A stretch of DNA of 63,776 nucleotides, filler included, from Nemertoderma westbladi (Eukaryota > Animalia > Xenacoelomorpha), in assembly GCA_032718475.1 (NCBI GenBank). It is 3 parts of 3 records of this genome, joined end to end, with 100 filler letters (N's around TTAATTAATTAA, not from the genome) between each part and the next. Parts side by side here need not be neighbours in the genome. Positions count along the whole stretch, not along the records: positions 1 to 21,581 come from JAUCBJ010005972.1; positions 21,682 to 44,450 come from JAUCBJ010004351.1; 1 more part is not named here. One strand, 5' to 3'. The translations under genes and the position numbers were made by a program. How positions within the stretch are numbered: the first letter of the stretch is position 1; each line of letters starts with the position of its first letter. This document shows, one piece after another, positions 12,750 through 26,169 of this stretch. The notes under the pieces were generated by a model. It was not told the origin of the DNA, did no database searches, and saw only the letters and a list, made by a program, of their open reading frames with translations.

Positions 12750-13468
12750 ATTTCGTCATAATCGCTTGGTAATCGCCTGCGCCATAATTGGCATGTGTAA
12801 GATGAAATTTATTTTTGTGAGTATTTGAAAAGTCCGGTGTCTTTTCCGCGATTGACAGCAGCAAAATAGTTGAACGAAAGTCCATAATGTCTGCTAAATA
12901 TCGTCTCACCATTATCAGGTGTTTATAGAAAACATGTTTCCAGCTAAAGTTGTGCAAAGCAGTCAGCCATGTATTGTAAACTTGGCTATCTTTACGGTAA
13001 CAAATTTTCATCATAAATTTAACAACTATCATTTCGATCAGAACTGAATGATCTGGGAAACAACAAACGAGCTCCATCTTATCAACCGATGGGTTTAAAT
13101 GTGTTCCAACAGCGGATTTCAATATTATAGACCATTTGATCCAGTTCGGCTGTTTGGACAAAAAGACTCCAAACTGGGCATGCGTATAGACATCGTGGTA
13201 GAACAATTGTATTTACCAACTTTATAATCGTTAGAAGGGAGAACCCAAAATTCGGTGAAATGTAGCGGCTTAGAGTATTCCAAATGCCCCAAAACTTTTG
13301 AAGTACGTGACTTATCTGTCTCTTGAATGATAATTTATCATCAAAATAAACTCCTAGGATTTTTACTTGGTTTGTATATTTACAAGATTTCTTGCACAGT
13401 TGTACGCGAGGCAGTTCACAGATTTCTACATTTTCTACTTTAAAGCAAAATTTATTAATAATTACCAT
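12750..13468 (-). pseudogene. Degenerate non-LTR retrotransposon RT C-terminal fragment (Jockey/I-like)
   Basis: VKILGVYFDDKLSFKRQI ... IVLPRCLYACPVWS; frameshifted. Confidence 0.7.
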
Positions 13469-13893
13469 CGTAATTACTTATCATAAATAATATATATATA
13501 AATAATGCGAAATCAACAGAAAAATCTTCTAGATCGTTGATTGGGTAAATATTTTACTACCGCAATTTTGGAATTTTGATTGGATATTTACTTTTTTGTA
13601 TTTTATGAAATGAAATGAAATGATTTTTTGTATTTTTTAAAAGTATTTTATGTGCGCATTTTGGCGGATAAAAAAGTGAATTTTTAGAAGAAATATAATT
13701 GAATTATTTAGAGTTTGCAGAAATAAAAAAATAATAATAAAAATATTTAGAATTCGCAGAGACGAAAATAATAAAATTAATTGGCCCAAATCAGCCACCG
13801 TAGGATGTCCAAATTGTCTCTGTCCCATCTCGCTCTCGGTAAAGTTGTACATAGTGTAATTGCGTTTTATATTGACATATTGGTATTAGGTTA

Positions 13894-14162
13894 AGCCCCG
13901 TTCACATCCAATGGTGCGTGAGTGGTAAAGTAGTCTGGCGGTATTGAAGTGGTAAGCCAGCGGTACACTACCCGGAGCCCGTTCACACCCAACGGTACCG
14001 TTGCTGTAACTGATTGTCTATCTGTCGACTGTAAATTCAACAGGAAATTACATTAATTGTTTTAACATTGTTTAAATGGGCTGCGGTAAACCGCGCCGTT
14101 TAGCGCAAAACTACCTGTTGGGTCGTTCGCGGTGTACCGTTCCGTTGGATGTGGACGGGCCT
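13894..14162. mobile_element. PIF/Harbinger-type MITE (269 bp)
   Basis: Imperfect TIRs AGCCCCGTTCACATCCAATGG / CCGTTGGATGTGGACGGGCCT with a TTA duplication on both sides. Confidence 0.8.
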
Positions 14163-14504
14163 TTAGCGTAGTACCGTAATTGTGATAGTGTAATATTGTA
14201 TTTGTAACTAAGTAACATAATTAAAGGACCCCCTTGGAAATAAGCTGCAAAGGTTTAGAGGTACTGTAATCAAATCATATATGTTATGTTTCCTGACTGG
14301 TGGAGGGACAGGAAGCTATATATTATTGACATACAGTATAATATATGTCAATACTGCTGCTGTAATTACTGCTGTACTGGCATACCGGTACTAACTACTG
14401 ACAAACTGCATTAACGTAATATAAATGCATTTGTTATATGGTTAGTGTTTATGGTTATATCACTTTCCCGTTGAAGATTGGTCTCTACTACTATTCCCTT
14501 CTGA

Positions 14505-17500
14505 TTGCACACCTGTAATATTGATATGACTGTGTGCAAGGCATGCAACCGATCAGAACCGGGGATGACCCTGGTTGCTGGTAATTGTTCACCATGTGCG
14601 GCACAACTAGCAACACTGGCTAGTGGTGCCAATACCCGCAACTCACGGCGACCTTCAACAGGGACTACAGCGACTTCCGGCTCAACGCAAACTACACCTG
14701 CCCCAAAACGTGCAAGTATGAAGAAGGATATCCATATCTGCAATAACTCTCCAGTCTCCACACTGCAAGAAGAAAGTTGTCGGCAAAAACTGTCTTGCAT
14801 GTGTTAGGTGTGACAACTAGTTGCATGCCGGTTGTTTAAATCTAATGACATCTGAAGTTGCTGTGTTAGTTAAATGTAAGAACGCAAAGATTGTGTGCAA
14901 CAACTCTGAGATGATATGGTGTGATATGTCGTGTTCAGAAGCAAACTTCATCCCTGCAAATAGTCAATGGATGGTCGAGTATCCGGATAAGATCATTGCT
15001 TGCTGAGATTGTCTCATTCAAAAACGAGACAAAATTGGCCTTAGATGCTATTAAAGCCAATTCGACATCGATCTTACACAGCATTGGATGTTGGAGTGAA
15101 CCAGAAGCAAATGTCTCTGATGAGCCCCAAGTCGCACATGTCCCAGGCAGTGACTGGATTACTGCGGGGACCAGACGAAAACACGGCACTCAAACCCAAC
15201 ATATAACCCCTAGTGTGATACACCATGGAATACTAAATATACACGGAACCGCATTAGTGTTATTTTTTCGGCCCCGAAATTTTTTTTAATAAAATGGTAG
15301 TATATGCCATAGAAAACTCAGAAAAAAAATTTAAGCAAATTTGACCGGAGCGTTTCCATGGAAACCGGGCAAACATAAAATTTCTAGGTTTTGCCATGAA
15401 TTAATTATTTTTTCCATCTACTACCCTATTTATTTTTATCCTATTTATTTTTATTTCTAGCACAGGTAACTATAGCAACGAGGTAAAATCTACACAAAAT
15501 ATACAAAATATACACACATACGCATGTGGCATACGGATAGCCGTATTTTTAACTAGCTAGTATTTTTTGAAATTATAAAAAAATGTGAAAACATTGATTC
15601 TAGAATGTTTTCCAATATTAAAAAAACACTAAATAAAATATTATTTTTTTTATTTTCAAAAATACTAGCTAGTGAAAAAAATACTACTAGATGTCAGAAA
15701 AAATGTATACTAAGGTTCTAGAACAATCACCAATGTTCTAGAACATAATAAAATGCAACAAAACCAAATAAAAAGACATACACATTTTTTAAATTTGCTG
15801 TACCAAGGATATAGGCCTACACAACACATACCATACTACAGTACCGGTACCGGTAGTACCAAATATATAACATGTCATAGAACATTTTATGCGTGATATA
15901 ATAATAAAATCCTTACCTGGCGTATTCAGCCCCTGACGAATCGCTTGTTTCCATTCATTGCAAACAGCAACATCAATAGGAAACCGGTGCAAATGGTCTT
16001 TTGACTTGCATACTAAACAAGTACGTGGCATGATGTAGATAGTTCACTATGTGTAGCCAGTGAAGTAATGAAGACCCTACTGTGTAGAGACTAAAGGTTA
16101 CCGCGATGTACTGGTTAATTGTAATCGAAAAATTATCGGTTAAAATATTGTTTTAAAATAGTGCAGCTGTAGCTAGTTGTGGTAATAATAATATTGTTGA
16201 AAACCAACGCATCAATATTACAACAGCGCAGTTCAAGAATAATGACACTACTACTTGTTGCCATAGAAATATATCGCAAATAAGATTAAATCGCCCCCAA
16301 CACTGCATTTCTTGTTGCCAAATATGAAAACTTTGACGGATTATATCTCGAGAACGCTCCGGTCGAATTTGCTTAAATTTTTTTTCTGGGGTTTCTATGG
16401 CATATACTACCACTTTATTGAAAAAAATATCGGGGCCGAAAAAATAACACTAATGCGGTTCCGTCTATATTTAGTATTCCATGGATACACCGACGGGCTT
16501 CGGAACTTGAACTACAGAAAGCGAAACAGGCAAACATTGTGATCCATGATATTCCCCCTTGTCCGTCGAACAACACTAAGGAATGAATCCAATATGATAA
16601 AGATATTGTAAAGTCAATGATCTCAGCTAATGCTCCAAGAGTGCAATATCTTAAGGTTTCATCGGTTGCGCCGATTTGAAGGTGGCCATCAGGTGGGTTA
16701 CATGAACAAGTTAATCATCACCATGAGTTCCGCTGAGCAGTGCCCTGCACTGCTTGGTAAGCGAGTTAATGGTCATGTTCGTCTTTCTAGCGATAGACTC
16801 AGCAGCATTAATGATATTGGTGAAGTTCGCATCACAGCAGATAGAACATATGAACAATGCAAGAATGCTCATGAACGCTACCAATGGTGCATTGGTCATT
16901 CCACCAAGGGGATGCTGTCTGCTGTGGAATCATCCTCTGCACTCCCTATCTTTTCCGGAGGTAGAAAGGTACAGAGCCAAGGAGTGAGTGCTACGGTTTC
17001 TGTATCCGATCCATCGATAGCCACCGCGAACTATCTACACAACGTTAGTAGGGTCTCCACTGATGATGAAGTTTCTCTTTCTAGACCCCAAAACCTAGGA
17101 ATGATAAATGCAACGACCAATATCCAGAAATCTGGTGATGGAGTTAGTGAGTTTTGTGTTAATCCAGTTGGTTCACCAGTCTTCACAGTCAGGTTGACTA
17201 CGTCATCAATTGGGTGATTGTCTAGGTAGTAGGCCTACTGGTAACTTTACTGTTTTAAACACAAATGCCCAGTGTATTAGAAACAAACTTAATGAGTTGC
17301 ATGTCAGGGTTGCATTAATAAAACCTGATATAATTGCAGTGACTGAAACCTGGTTAGATAGTACAATTCATAATGAAGCCCTTTCTATATTGAATTATGA
17401 GTTATATAGATATGATAGAGATACCGATGGTGGTGGTGCTGCACTTTATATACGACAGTCTAATATGTTTTCAGTTGAAATAGTTAACCCAGGCAATATC

Positions 17501-19173
17501 TGTTTGATGATTTTATCTGTTTACATACAAATCAGAATAATGGTCATAATTTTACAGTTTGCTGTATTTACCGCTCTACAGCATCTTCACATGCTAATGA
17601 CACAGCTTTGTATGTTTTAATTGACAAGTTACTTGTTAATTGTGGTTGTGAAATTTTGTTTACCTGTGATTTTAATTTCCATCATATAGATTGGGAAAAT
17701 TTGTGTACATTACCTAAGGCAAGGCAATTTGAGCGTGATTTTCTCGAATTTGTTCTTGATAATAATCTTTTTGAAACGTTTTTGAAAACACAAGACTGGA
17801 TAGAAACCATATTTTGAGTTCTAGATTAGACTTATTTTTACTAAATCCATTAATTCAATTTCTGATGTACGTGTACTCTGTGCTCTTGGGAAGTCTGACC
17901 ATAGTGTGGTGCATGAAGTCTTGAATGTACACCGGGATTTTTAGTGAACCTACTCAGACATACTTGAGATATGACATGACAAGGGTGAATACGACAACTG
18001 GCGAACATCCCTCCGTGACATTGACTGGGATGACCGTCTGGAAGGCAAGGACGCTGACAAGGCATGGACTGAACTCAAGACTGAATTGCGTAAGGGTACT
18101 GAACAATTCGTCCCCCATGGAATGAACCTTGGATGACCGGTCTGTATATGCAGAAAACAACTGCTTTTCCACTGCTGGCAACAACACCATACCGATCGTA
18201 ATTCCCAGCGATATGTATTATCTAGACAGTCTACGGGACGCCAAGTTCGTAATGCAAAAAAGAATTTTGAAAGGAATGTTGCTGAGAAATGTAAAACTAA
18301 CCCTAAAGCTTTCTGGTCGTATGTAAACTCCAAGAGGAAAACCAAATCAACTATTGGTCCCCTACGTACCAACAACAATGAAATCATTACATCACCATAT
18401 GGAATGTCAGAATTACTTAGTAAGACATATGCGTCCATTTTTACCAAGCCTGACTCATCTGACCAACTGCATTCTGTTTCGTCCTTACGCACATACATTC
18501 CACCTACCACACAGATTGAACCCATTGTAAATGTAGATTTTTCTCTTGAACAGGTTCAGTATGAGCTGGAACACCTAAACACAAACAAAGCTGCTGGCCC
18601 AGATGGTCTACATGGTAGGATATTGAAGGAACTGGTTAATGTTATTGCTGCTCCTTTTATGTCAATTTTTCAACTGTCGTTTGACTCTGGTGTTATTCCT
18701 TCAGATTTGCGAGAATCAATAGTGTCCCCGATCTAGAAGAGACAACCAAAACGTGTGCCAGATAATTATCATCCTGTTTCCCTAACATGTATATTAGCGA
18801 AAGTGTGTGAGAAATTCATCCGGAATGCTCTAGTGAGTCACTTCGAGGATCACCAACTCTTTTCAGATGCTCAACATGGTGCACGTTCCCACAGATCTAC
18901 AGTAACACAGCTTCTTAAGTGTTATTCCTAGACCTACGCAGAGCTTTTGACACAGTTTCCCACCCTCTGCTGTTTCAAAAACTTCATGAGTATTGGTGTA
19001 CAAGGCCACTTGGCGCAGTGGATACAAGGTTTCCTGACAGATCGGTCCCAGTGTGTCAGGTTAGATGGTGTTCTCAGTACTCCTATATCTGTTACCAGTG
19101 GTGTGCCTCAAGGAACTGTCACTGCTTTCGTCAATGATGTGCCTTCCATTGTTTCATCCCTATGCAAGATTTT
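14505..19173 (+). mobile_element. Degenerate CR1/L2-group LINE (ORF1 with Cys/His finger; ORF2 endonuclease + RT), interrupted by the THAP element and cut by LTR copy 2
   Basis: NTNAQCIRNK and PDIIAVTETWL (APE endonuclease), KAAGPDG, LDLRRAFDTV, SGVPQG; many stops and frameshifts. RT ends abruptly at TGT 19174. Confidence 0.85.
15224..16483 (-). mobile_element. P-superfamily (P/Galileo-like) internally deleted DNA transposon retaining a THAP first exon (16031-15917)
   Basis: ~130-bp imperfect TIRs starting CATGGAATACTAAATATA; 7-bp TSD GATACAC (15217-15223 / 16484-16490). ORF MPRTCLVCKSKDHLHRFPIDVAVCNEWKQAI matches the THAP N-half and is followed by the donor AG|GTAAGG. Confidence 0.85.
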
Positions 19174-20382
19174 TGTAAAAGCTTTTGTGGGATAACTGAT
19201 TAGTTTGCCTTGTTGGCCAGTTCCCCCCCAGTCGCTAAGAATACTCTCAAAGTGATCTATAACTAAAAATAGTGCAAGTTACCAGCTTATTGGCTGATTT
19301 GCTATACGCAGGCATCTGGGCTCTGTTTAATCGGCCAACAAGCCTAGGGAGGTTGCGTCATAGCCTTATTTTTGTATCTCCCAATAGAATTTGAGTTAGC
19401 CTTGATTTTGACCAATCACAGAGTACTGAACTGAAAATTTCCTATCTCACTGCTCTTTCTCTGTGTTGAACGGGAGCTTCGTGGAATAAGAGTGGTTGGT
19501 ATACTCGTATAGAGCAGTAGTCACGAGTTTTTCAAAGCCACGAAAGAACGGCTTTTTAGTGTTTTGTGCTTTCTGCTTTTTAGCTCAACACTAGTAGGTT
19601 TAATTACAAGGACATATATCCTTTAACTGACGAAATCTGCAATTTCTCTGCAAATCTCTGCAATTTCGTAATCACTGCATACTGCAGTACTGCATAACTG
19701 GCTTTGTGAATACTGCATACTGCTATTTGTTGTCGGTTATTCATTATATTTGTTGATGAATTATTATATTGGAATAACGAGAAATAACCCCGACACCCAA
19801 TATTCTTGATATACCGAAGGTAAGAGAGAAAGGTTACAGATAAACGATTGTGACTTATGTTAAAGTGGTTTGAAGTGAATCTAATGTTATTTGATAGACC
19901 CTACATGAGTCAGTCTGTGTTCCTTTTATATGTGACTAAAATCAGTGAAGATCGGCAGATTAGTGTGCAGTATTGTGCAGCATTGTGTATGAGTGAGTCT
20001 GTTAAAGAAGCATTCCTAAAGAATGTGCCATATATGTGAATTATAATTAAGCCATATCGTTGTGAGTAGTTTAAGTCATAACTCTGTTTATGTAGATAAA
20101 GCGCCACGTCCTAAAGGAACTGTTAATATTACCGAAGGTGAATAATATTGTCAGAGATTATATAATACTGTCAGTCGAATAATACATTAGGCTTACATAG
20201 CAACAAAATTAAACCGTCGAACCCAATCTCCCGGGAATATCCAGCGGGTGAATGGTCGCGCACGGATTGGTTTCGACTAGTGTAGTGAATCAAATACTTG
20301 TCATAGGCTAAAAAGCGATTTAATATCTAGAAGACATCTTAATTTGGCGGGTTAAACTGCCAAAGGTCTAAAAGCGAGAACA
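19174..20382 (+). mobile_element. 5' LTR (~1209 bp), LTR retrotransposon copy 2; leader continues to the gap at 21581
   Basis: TGTAAAAGCTTTTGTGGGATAAC...AAAGCGAGAACA. Downstream 20383-21581 is the reverse-complement homologue of ~2090-3368. Confidence 0.88.
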
Positions 20383-21581
20383 TTAAAGGATATATGTCTT
20401 CTTTGTTGCAGTAAGCAATAAAGTTGAAAGTACCGGTCAACCGGTAAACCTGAACCGGTACATCTGTAGGTCACTAGTCAGTAGGCCCAACCGCTAGAAC
20501 CGGTACTTCTGTATTCCGTAGGCCTAGCTGTCCTAACCGGTACTTCCGTATAAGTACACTAGTATTATTCGATTTGATTGTTGTATACCGGTAGGTCTTA
20601 GTACTTAATCAGGGAACGGCCGCCCTGATTTTTTATTGAGATTTTACTTATTTCTGTCAAGTTTTATTTATTTGTAGGCCAGTATTGAACAGAAGGCGTG
20701 TAAGCCTGATCAGATTGTACAGACGATTTGTAGGCTGAGCTGTTGTCTGATTGCTGTTAAGTCCGAACGAATTGCAGTGTGTGTAGATCACCTGTCCGAT
20801 TAAGTACGATTAGGCAGTAGGGGCAGCGAACGCTGTAAGGTAAACCCCCAACTAAAGAATAAGTCGCACTACTGGGTTAGAGCGCATACTCCCTAATCAT
20901 TTCGGAGTCTGCATGTCCTGTAGTTTATTTAGGCTTGAGAGTAGTCTGCCATCGTTTGGTCTGTACTTTGTTTGTGTAAGTCTGTACGGGTAGCGTATAA
21001 TTTTATTTAGATAATTTGTAGGCTGGATAGTTGTCTGGCTGTTATTAGGTCTGAACGGATTGCCGCGTGTGTAGATCATCTGTCCGATTAAGTACGGTTA
21101 GGCAGTAGGGGCAGCGAACGCTGTAAGGTAAACCCCCAGCTAAAGAATAAGTCGCACTACTGGGTTAGAGCGCATACTCCCTAATCATTTCGGAGTCTGC
21201 ATATACCGTAGTTTGTTTAGGCTTGATAGTAGTCTGTCAGTGTTCGGTCTGTATTTTGTTTGAGTGGTTTGTACGCGTAGCGTAATATTTATTATTCAGA
21301 GTTTATGCGATTATCCGCAACATTCATTCCCCAAGTTTGTTCCTACAGTAATTGTGTTTGTTATACATACCACTATAGTTAAATTAACCCCGGTACTACA
21401 CGGGCTGCTCGGCGTAGGTAAAGACTGGTGATTTTGTGCATCGGTCACTCCAGCAGATGCCGTGGTTCTTTTAGCTGTTCAAGTATATTTAACTACTGAT
21501 TATTTGTTGTACAAGTACTCGTACCTAATTTAGGGTTTAGTGTACAGTACTTTCCGAAGTAATTAGTGTAGACATTATATT

Positions 21582-21681
21582 NNNNNNNNNNNNNNNNNNN
21601 NNNNNNNNNNNNNNNNNNNNNNNNNTTAATTAATTAANNNNNNNNNNNNNNNNNNNNNNNNNNNNNNNNNNNNNNNNNNNN
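21582..21681. other. Scaffold gap with artificial TTAATTAATTAA linker
   Basis: 44 N + TTAATTAATTAA + 44 N; identical structure at 44451-44550. Confidence 0.97.
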
Positions 21682-21920
21682 TGTATTATTATTTTATTAT
21701 ATATAACCACCACATGGCTTCATATCACTTGCATATATTGGATAATTGTAAACGCAACTATTTATCAATTATTATCTCGTTGTTGAAAAAAAAAGTTGGG
21801 AACGATTCGATAGAACGCGAAATTAAATAACTACTATAATCACAACAGCCGAACAACAACATTTCACAAATTTATTGTCAATTGTAGTTACGTAAATTAA
21901 TTATATCGTAAATTATTGTT

Positions 21921-24200
21921 TGTTCGCGCTTTTAGAAGACTTCGATAATTTTCACCGTACAATTTTTATTATCACAGAAATCTTGCCTTAAGTTTAAATC
22001 AGTTAGCGCGGCGTATGACCCGTTAGGCAGGGAACCTGAAATATATTGGCTTACTAAATTGGGCTGGTTATGTTTCATTCGATTGATTCTCGCTGTATAA
22101 TTCCTAACAATCATGTTCACTTAAGGGATAGTATTAACAGTTCCGGCTTATGTGTTGTGTTCTAGATAACAAACAGGTCTATGACTTAAAGTAAGTACAA
22201 CAGATGATTAATGAGAATTATAGTTTGTCACATCCTTTAGGGGTGTGGTATTATGAACCCAACTGAAATACACCCTGGAATCTGATTTACTGACTTGGGA
22301 CAATTTTCTCATGAATAAGGAGTAGACAGGCTCACACACATTGAGGCTATATGATAACATGTTTTCTCATGCAAACCAATTAATTGTGAACCGAAACTGC
22401 TAATTTACCGCCCTTAAGCCTGGTTCACAATTGAGACATAAGAGATAAGTGATAAGATATAAGCGATAAGATATTACCGATAAGAGATAAGCGATAAGAT
22501 ATAAGCGATAAGATATTACCGATAAGAGATAAGCGATAAGAAATAAGCTATAAGCCAGGAGTTAAGAGATAAGCAATAAGAGATAAGCTGTAAGATATAT
22601 GCGATAAGAGCTATGCTATAAGCCAAGAGTTAAGAGATAAGCGATAGAGATAAGCTATAAGAGATAAGCGATAAGGGTTAAGCGATAAAAGATAAGCTTT
22701 TGTTTGGTGATAATGCTTAGTTCTAATGTCTAATCACTTTATTGTTCTCAATATAGTAAAGTCCATCTACGCAAAATGATTATTTATTATTATTATTATT
22801 ATTATATATTATTATTATATTATTATTATTATAATAATTATTATTATTATTTTATTATTATAATATTTTTATTTTATTTTATTATTCAGCATCTTATTTG
22901 ATGTTATTTATTCTATATATTTCTAGTCAATTCAAAATAGTTGTTATTGATAACAGTTTTTATTACACATCCTGAACGTCTCTCTGATACACTTCGTTAC
23001 TTAGCAATAGGAGCCTGGAGCCTCAAACAGAAAATTGCCCTTAAGTTACCTTATTGGAAAGTCAACAAACAATATGTATTGCCTTGTGGAAGATATTTTC
23101 ACCACTCTACATACTGTATCTCCACCTTCCGAGAATGATATCATTGAAAACTCTGATAATTTTGAAAACTGTCTGACAAATGGCAGAGAGTGTGTCAGTA
23201 CATAATGCCGTAATCATAGGTTTGATTTTGACGCATTTTATAATAATATATATGGGCTTTTCCATTCTATTGGCTAATCCTTATCGCCTATGGCAAAACT
23301 TATCGCCCGATATGACCCTTATCGCCAGTGATAAGACCCTTATCGCCTATCACTTATCTCTTATCGCCAGTTGTGAATGCATCACCTTATCGCTTTCTCT
23401 TATCGCCAGTTGTGAACACATCACCTTATCGCTTAACTTTTATCACAAGTTGTGAACGCATCACCTTATAGCTTATCTCTTATCGCCAGTTGTGAACGCA
23501 TCACCTTATCACTTATCTCTTATCGCCAGTTGTGAATGCATCAACTTATCGCTTATCTCTTATCACCAGTTGTGAACGCATCACCTTATCGCTTATCTCT
23601 TATCGCCAGTTGTGAACGCATTTCATCATCTCTTATCGCCAGTTGTGAACGCATCACCTTATAGCGTATCTCTTACCACCAGTTGTGAACGCATCGTCTT
23701 ATTGCTTATTTCTTTATCGCCAGTTGTGAACGCTTCGGCTTATCGCTTTTCTCTTATCGCACGTTTCTTATCGCTTATTGCTCAATTGTGAACCGGGCTT
23801 AAGCTTACCTCATTAAATATAAATATAAACAAGTTCGAAGTTATGCGGTGTTAATGTAGTAGAATCTCCATATCATTAACCAAATACATAAAGTGACCAT
23901 CATATGTAATAAATCAATAGGTACAATAGTAAGTCAGTACAAACAATTCAGTATTTAGAGTGTATTAACAGTACATTGATAATCAACTATGATTTCCACG
24001 CATCAGCCAAGATGTTACTGGCAAAGGTCTTTCTACTATTAGCAAAGCAGAATATTGAACAAAGAAACGTCGCAATGCGGCATAAAACACGCCCAGCAAT
24101 GGAATGCAAAGAATTCTTAGAACCCTGAATCAGAGTGATCCATATAGCAACTTCCAATCAGAAGCTTAGTTACTGCATTTGTTTACTAGAGTTCAACGGT
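21921..24200 (-). mobile_element. Diverged LTR fragment related to the same family (3' or solo LTR), interrupted by a TIR element
   Basis: Same terminus (plus strand TGTTCGCGCTTTT). Shares AATAGGTACAAT, CAGTACAAACAAT and TTTACTAGAGTTC with 3369-4620. Confidence 0.55.
22417..23799. mobile_element. Harbinger-like non-autonomous TIR element with inverted GATAAG-rich subterminal arrays
   Basis: TIRs AGCCTGGTTCACAATTGAG / CTCAATTGTGAACCGGGCT in TTA/TAA (TTAA) context. Left arm (GATAAG[A/C])n, right arm (CTTATCG)n, central (TTA)n. Confidence 0.8.
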
Positions 24201-24383
24201 GTGAAGAAAATAAAAAGGGCTCTTATTGGCCGCATTCCAACCACTAAGAAGGAGGCAAGGGAATGCCAAGAAATGAATACCAAAAATTAACACGTCAGAG
24301 TGTGTGGCTTTTAATTGAATCCTACCCAAAATTCATCAGTTTTATAAATCTTATCTAAATACTCAATCAGTTATATGGCTTGT

Positions 24384-25760
24384 TTATTTCAAAAGTGCCT
24401 GAGCATCATTACCCTTTATCACAGGACCCTGTGTAAGAGCATCTATATGTGTTTTAGCTATTATATATGGTTGTCCAAATTGCTTTGCTAACAATTCGCG
24501 AGCAGTTTTATATCCAACATTTACATTAAGGATTATGCAATTCTTTATTACACGATATACATCTTTAGTACAAATTTCTAGTAAATAAGTAAGATGTTCA
24601 GTGTCTGAATCTACTTTCTTTGCAATACCTTCTTCAAAACACCTTACAAATCTCCAATAATCTGCAGGGTTGCCATCAAAGTATTTAATTTCTGACTTTG
24701 ACATATACATTGTAGCTGATAGCTTTTTGCAAGTTTGTTCTAATGCATCACTAACATTATGTGTATCATCTACTACTCTTTCATAACATAACTCCTCATT
24801 TCTATTTCTAATATATCCTGGATGGATATCTGGTGTAGAATGCATATGCATTGCAGTTGTTCTGTCATCACCAATTGTTGTACTATAATTTATTAATTTT
24901 CCAAACATTGGCATTAGCATTCAAATTGAATTTTACTACATTTTCTTGTGAATTTATTGCTCTTTCGATAATTAATGGATCTTCCTATAAACATTTAACT
25001 TCTTTCACTTCACACTTGAAAATCAATTTTATTTTCATTATCTGAAAGCTCTTGATCAAATTGGTACTCATTAAAAACCTTCATGAATGCATTTGCTTTT
25101 TCTATTTTTGTTTCTATACTTAATATTCTTTCCATATTAATTATTTCATTTCGTTTCATCTCTAGCGCTTGTTGCTTCTTTATTTGCATAAGCTCTACCT
25201 CAGCAACTGCCTTTTCTGCTTTAGATATTGCTGAAAGTTCACTTATAGAGACAAATTAATGTCTAGATGACTTTTTTGATGTGCAACGTGTATGCCTTGA
25301 TGAATTACTACCCTTTGCAACAATATGATCCTTTTGTAACGTTTTAGTAGCTACTTTCATGCTTGCTAATCTAACATGAACTGGGGTGACAGAGTCACTA
25401 AACCATGAATCAATTTGCTTAGTGAGCTGTATGTAAACGTCTTCTTGAAGATCCCAATATTTGACTCATAATCAATTTTATGACTTGTTCCAACAACAAA
25501 GTTAGCATATTTCTGATGAGCAGTCGCAAATTTTGTAAATGCAACCTTTATCTCTGCATACATATACTTTATTTAATCTTGATCATTAGCATGCGACTGC
25601 ATGCAATCAGATGAAATATTATATATCTTAGTGAGATTAGATTTGTAACAGGCACGAACATTTTTTAATTGAGTATCCTTGCTATTATATTCCTATTCCT
25701 TTTCTTATTCCTGACTGTACCATTTGTACCAGCAGATTCAGAACTACTTGCATCAGACAT
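24384..25760 (-). pseudogene. Degenerate BEL/Pao gag (DUF1759-like)
   Basis: EIKYFDGNPADYWRFVRCFEE...HLTYLLEIC...GYKTARELLAKQFGQPYIIAKTHIDAL. Upstream ATG at 25760 (MSDASSSES) with stops and frameshifts between. Confidence 0.85.
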
Positions 25761-26169
25761 GATTTGTCATTAGAACTGAGTTCTTTACTTCTAATATTAA
25801 TGTTGTCAGATATACAATAAACAGGTGCAAAACCAGTTAGCCAATTCCTTTAAACCACCATTTTCAGTACCGTCGGCAACATATGACAATACTGCAATTA
25901 TACTGATATATATTAGCCGTACCGGGTATATAAACATGGAGGCCAGTAGGGTATGTGTTGTGTAGACCTACATGGCGCTATGCATGTAAATCATCAGTTG
26001 AAGTTAATATCAATATGGAACATCTAGATATCATAAATATTGAGAACTAACTAAAATTGAGGCATAAATTAAAACAGACACTAAGTAAACTGGATCGGAA
26101 ATAAAAATATTAAAAGGGGACTAGAGTTAAAATACCCTGTGGGTCGTATTTATTCAAGTAAATCAAAAA

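Noticed and set aside
20345-20360. TGGCGGGTTAAAC as a tRNA PBS
   Set aside because: It lies ~35 nt inside the LTR. Copy 3, which has unrelated flank, includes it and ends at GCGCGAACA, fixing the boundary downstream.
21626-21637. TTAATTAATTAA inside N runs (also 44495-44506) as a biological motif
   Set aside because: Symmetric 44N+12+44N pattern; an artificial all-frame stop linker from scaffolding. Adjacency across these gaps is uncertain.
21880-21920. Self-priming PBS next to the fourth LTR fragment
   Set aside because: No complement found in that LTR. The flank looks genomic (3' or solo LTR), so it neither supports nor refutes the model.
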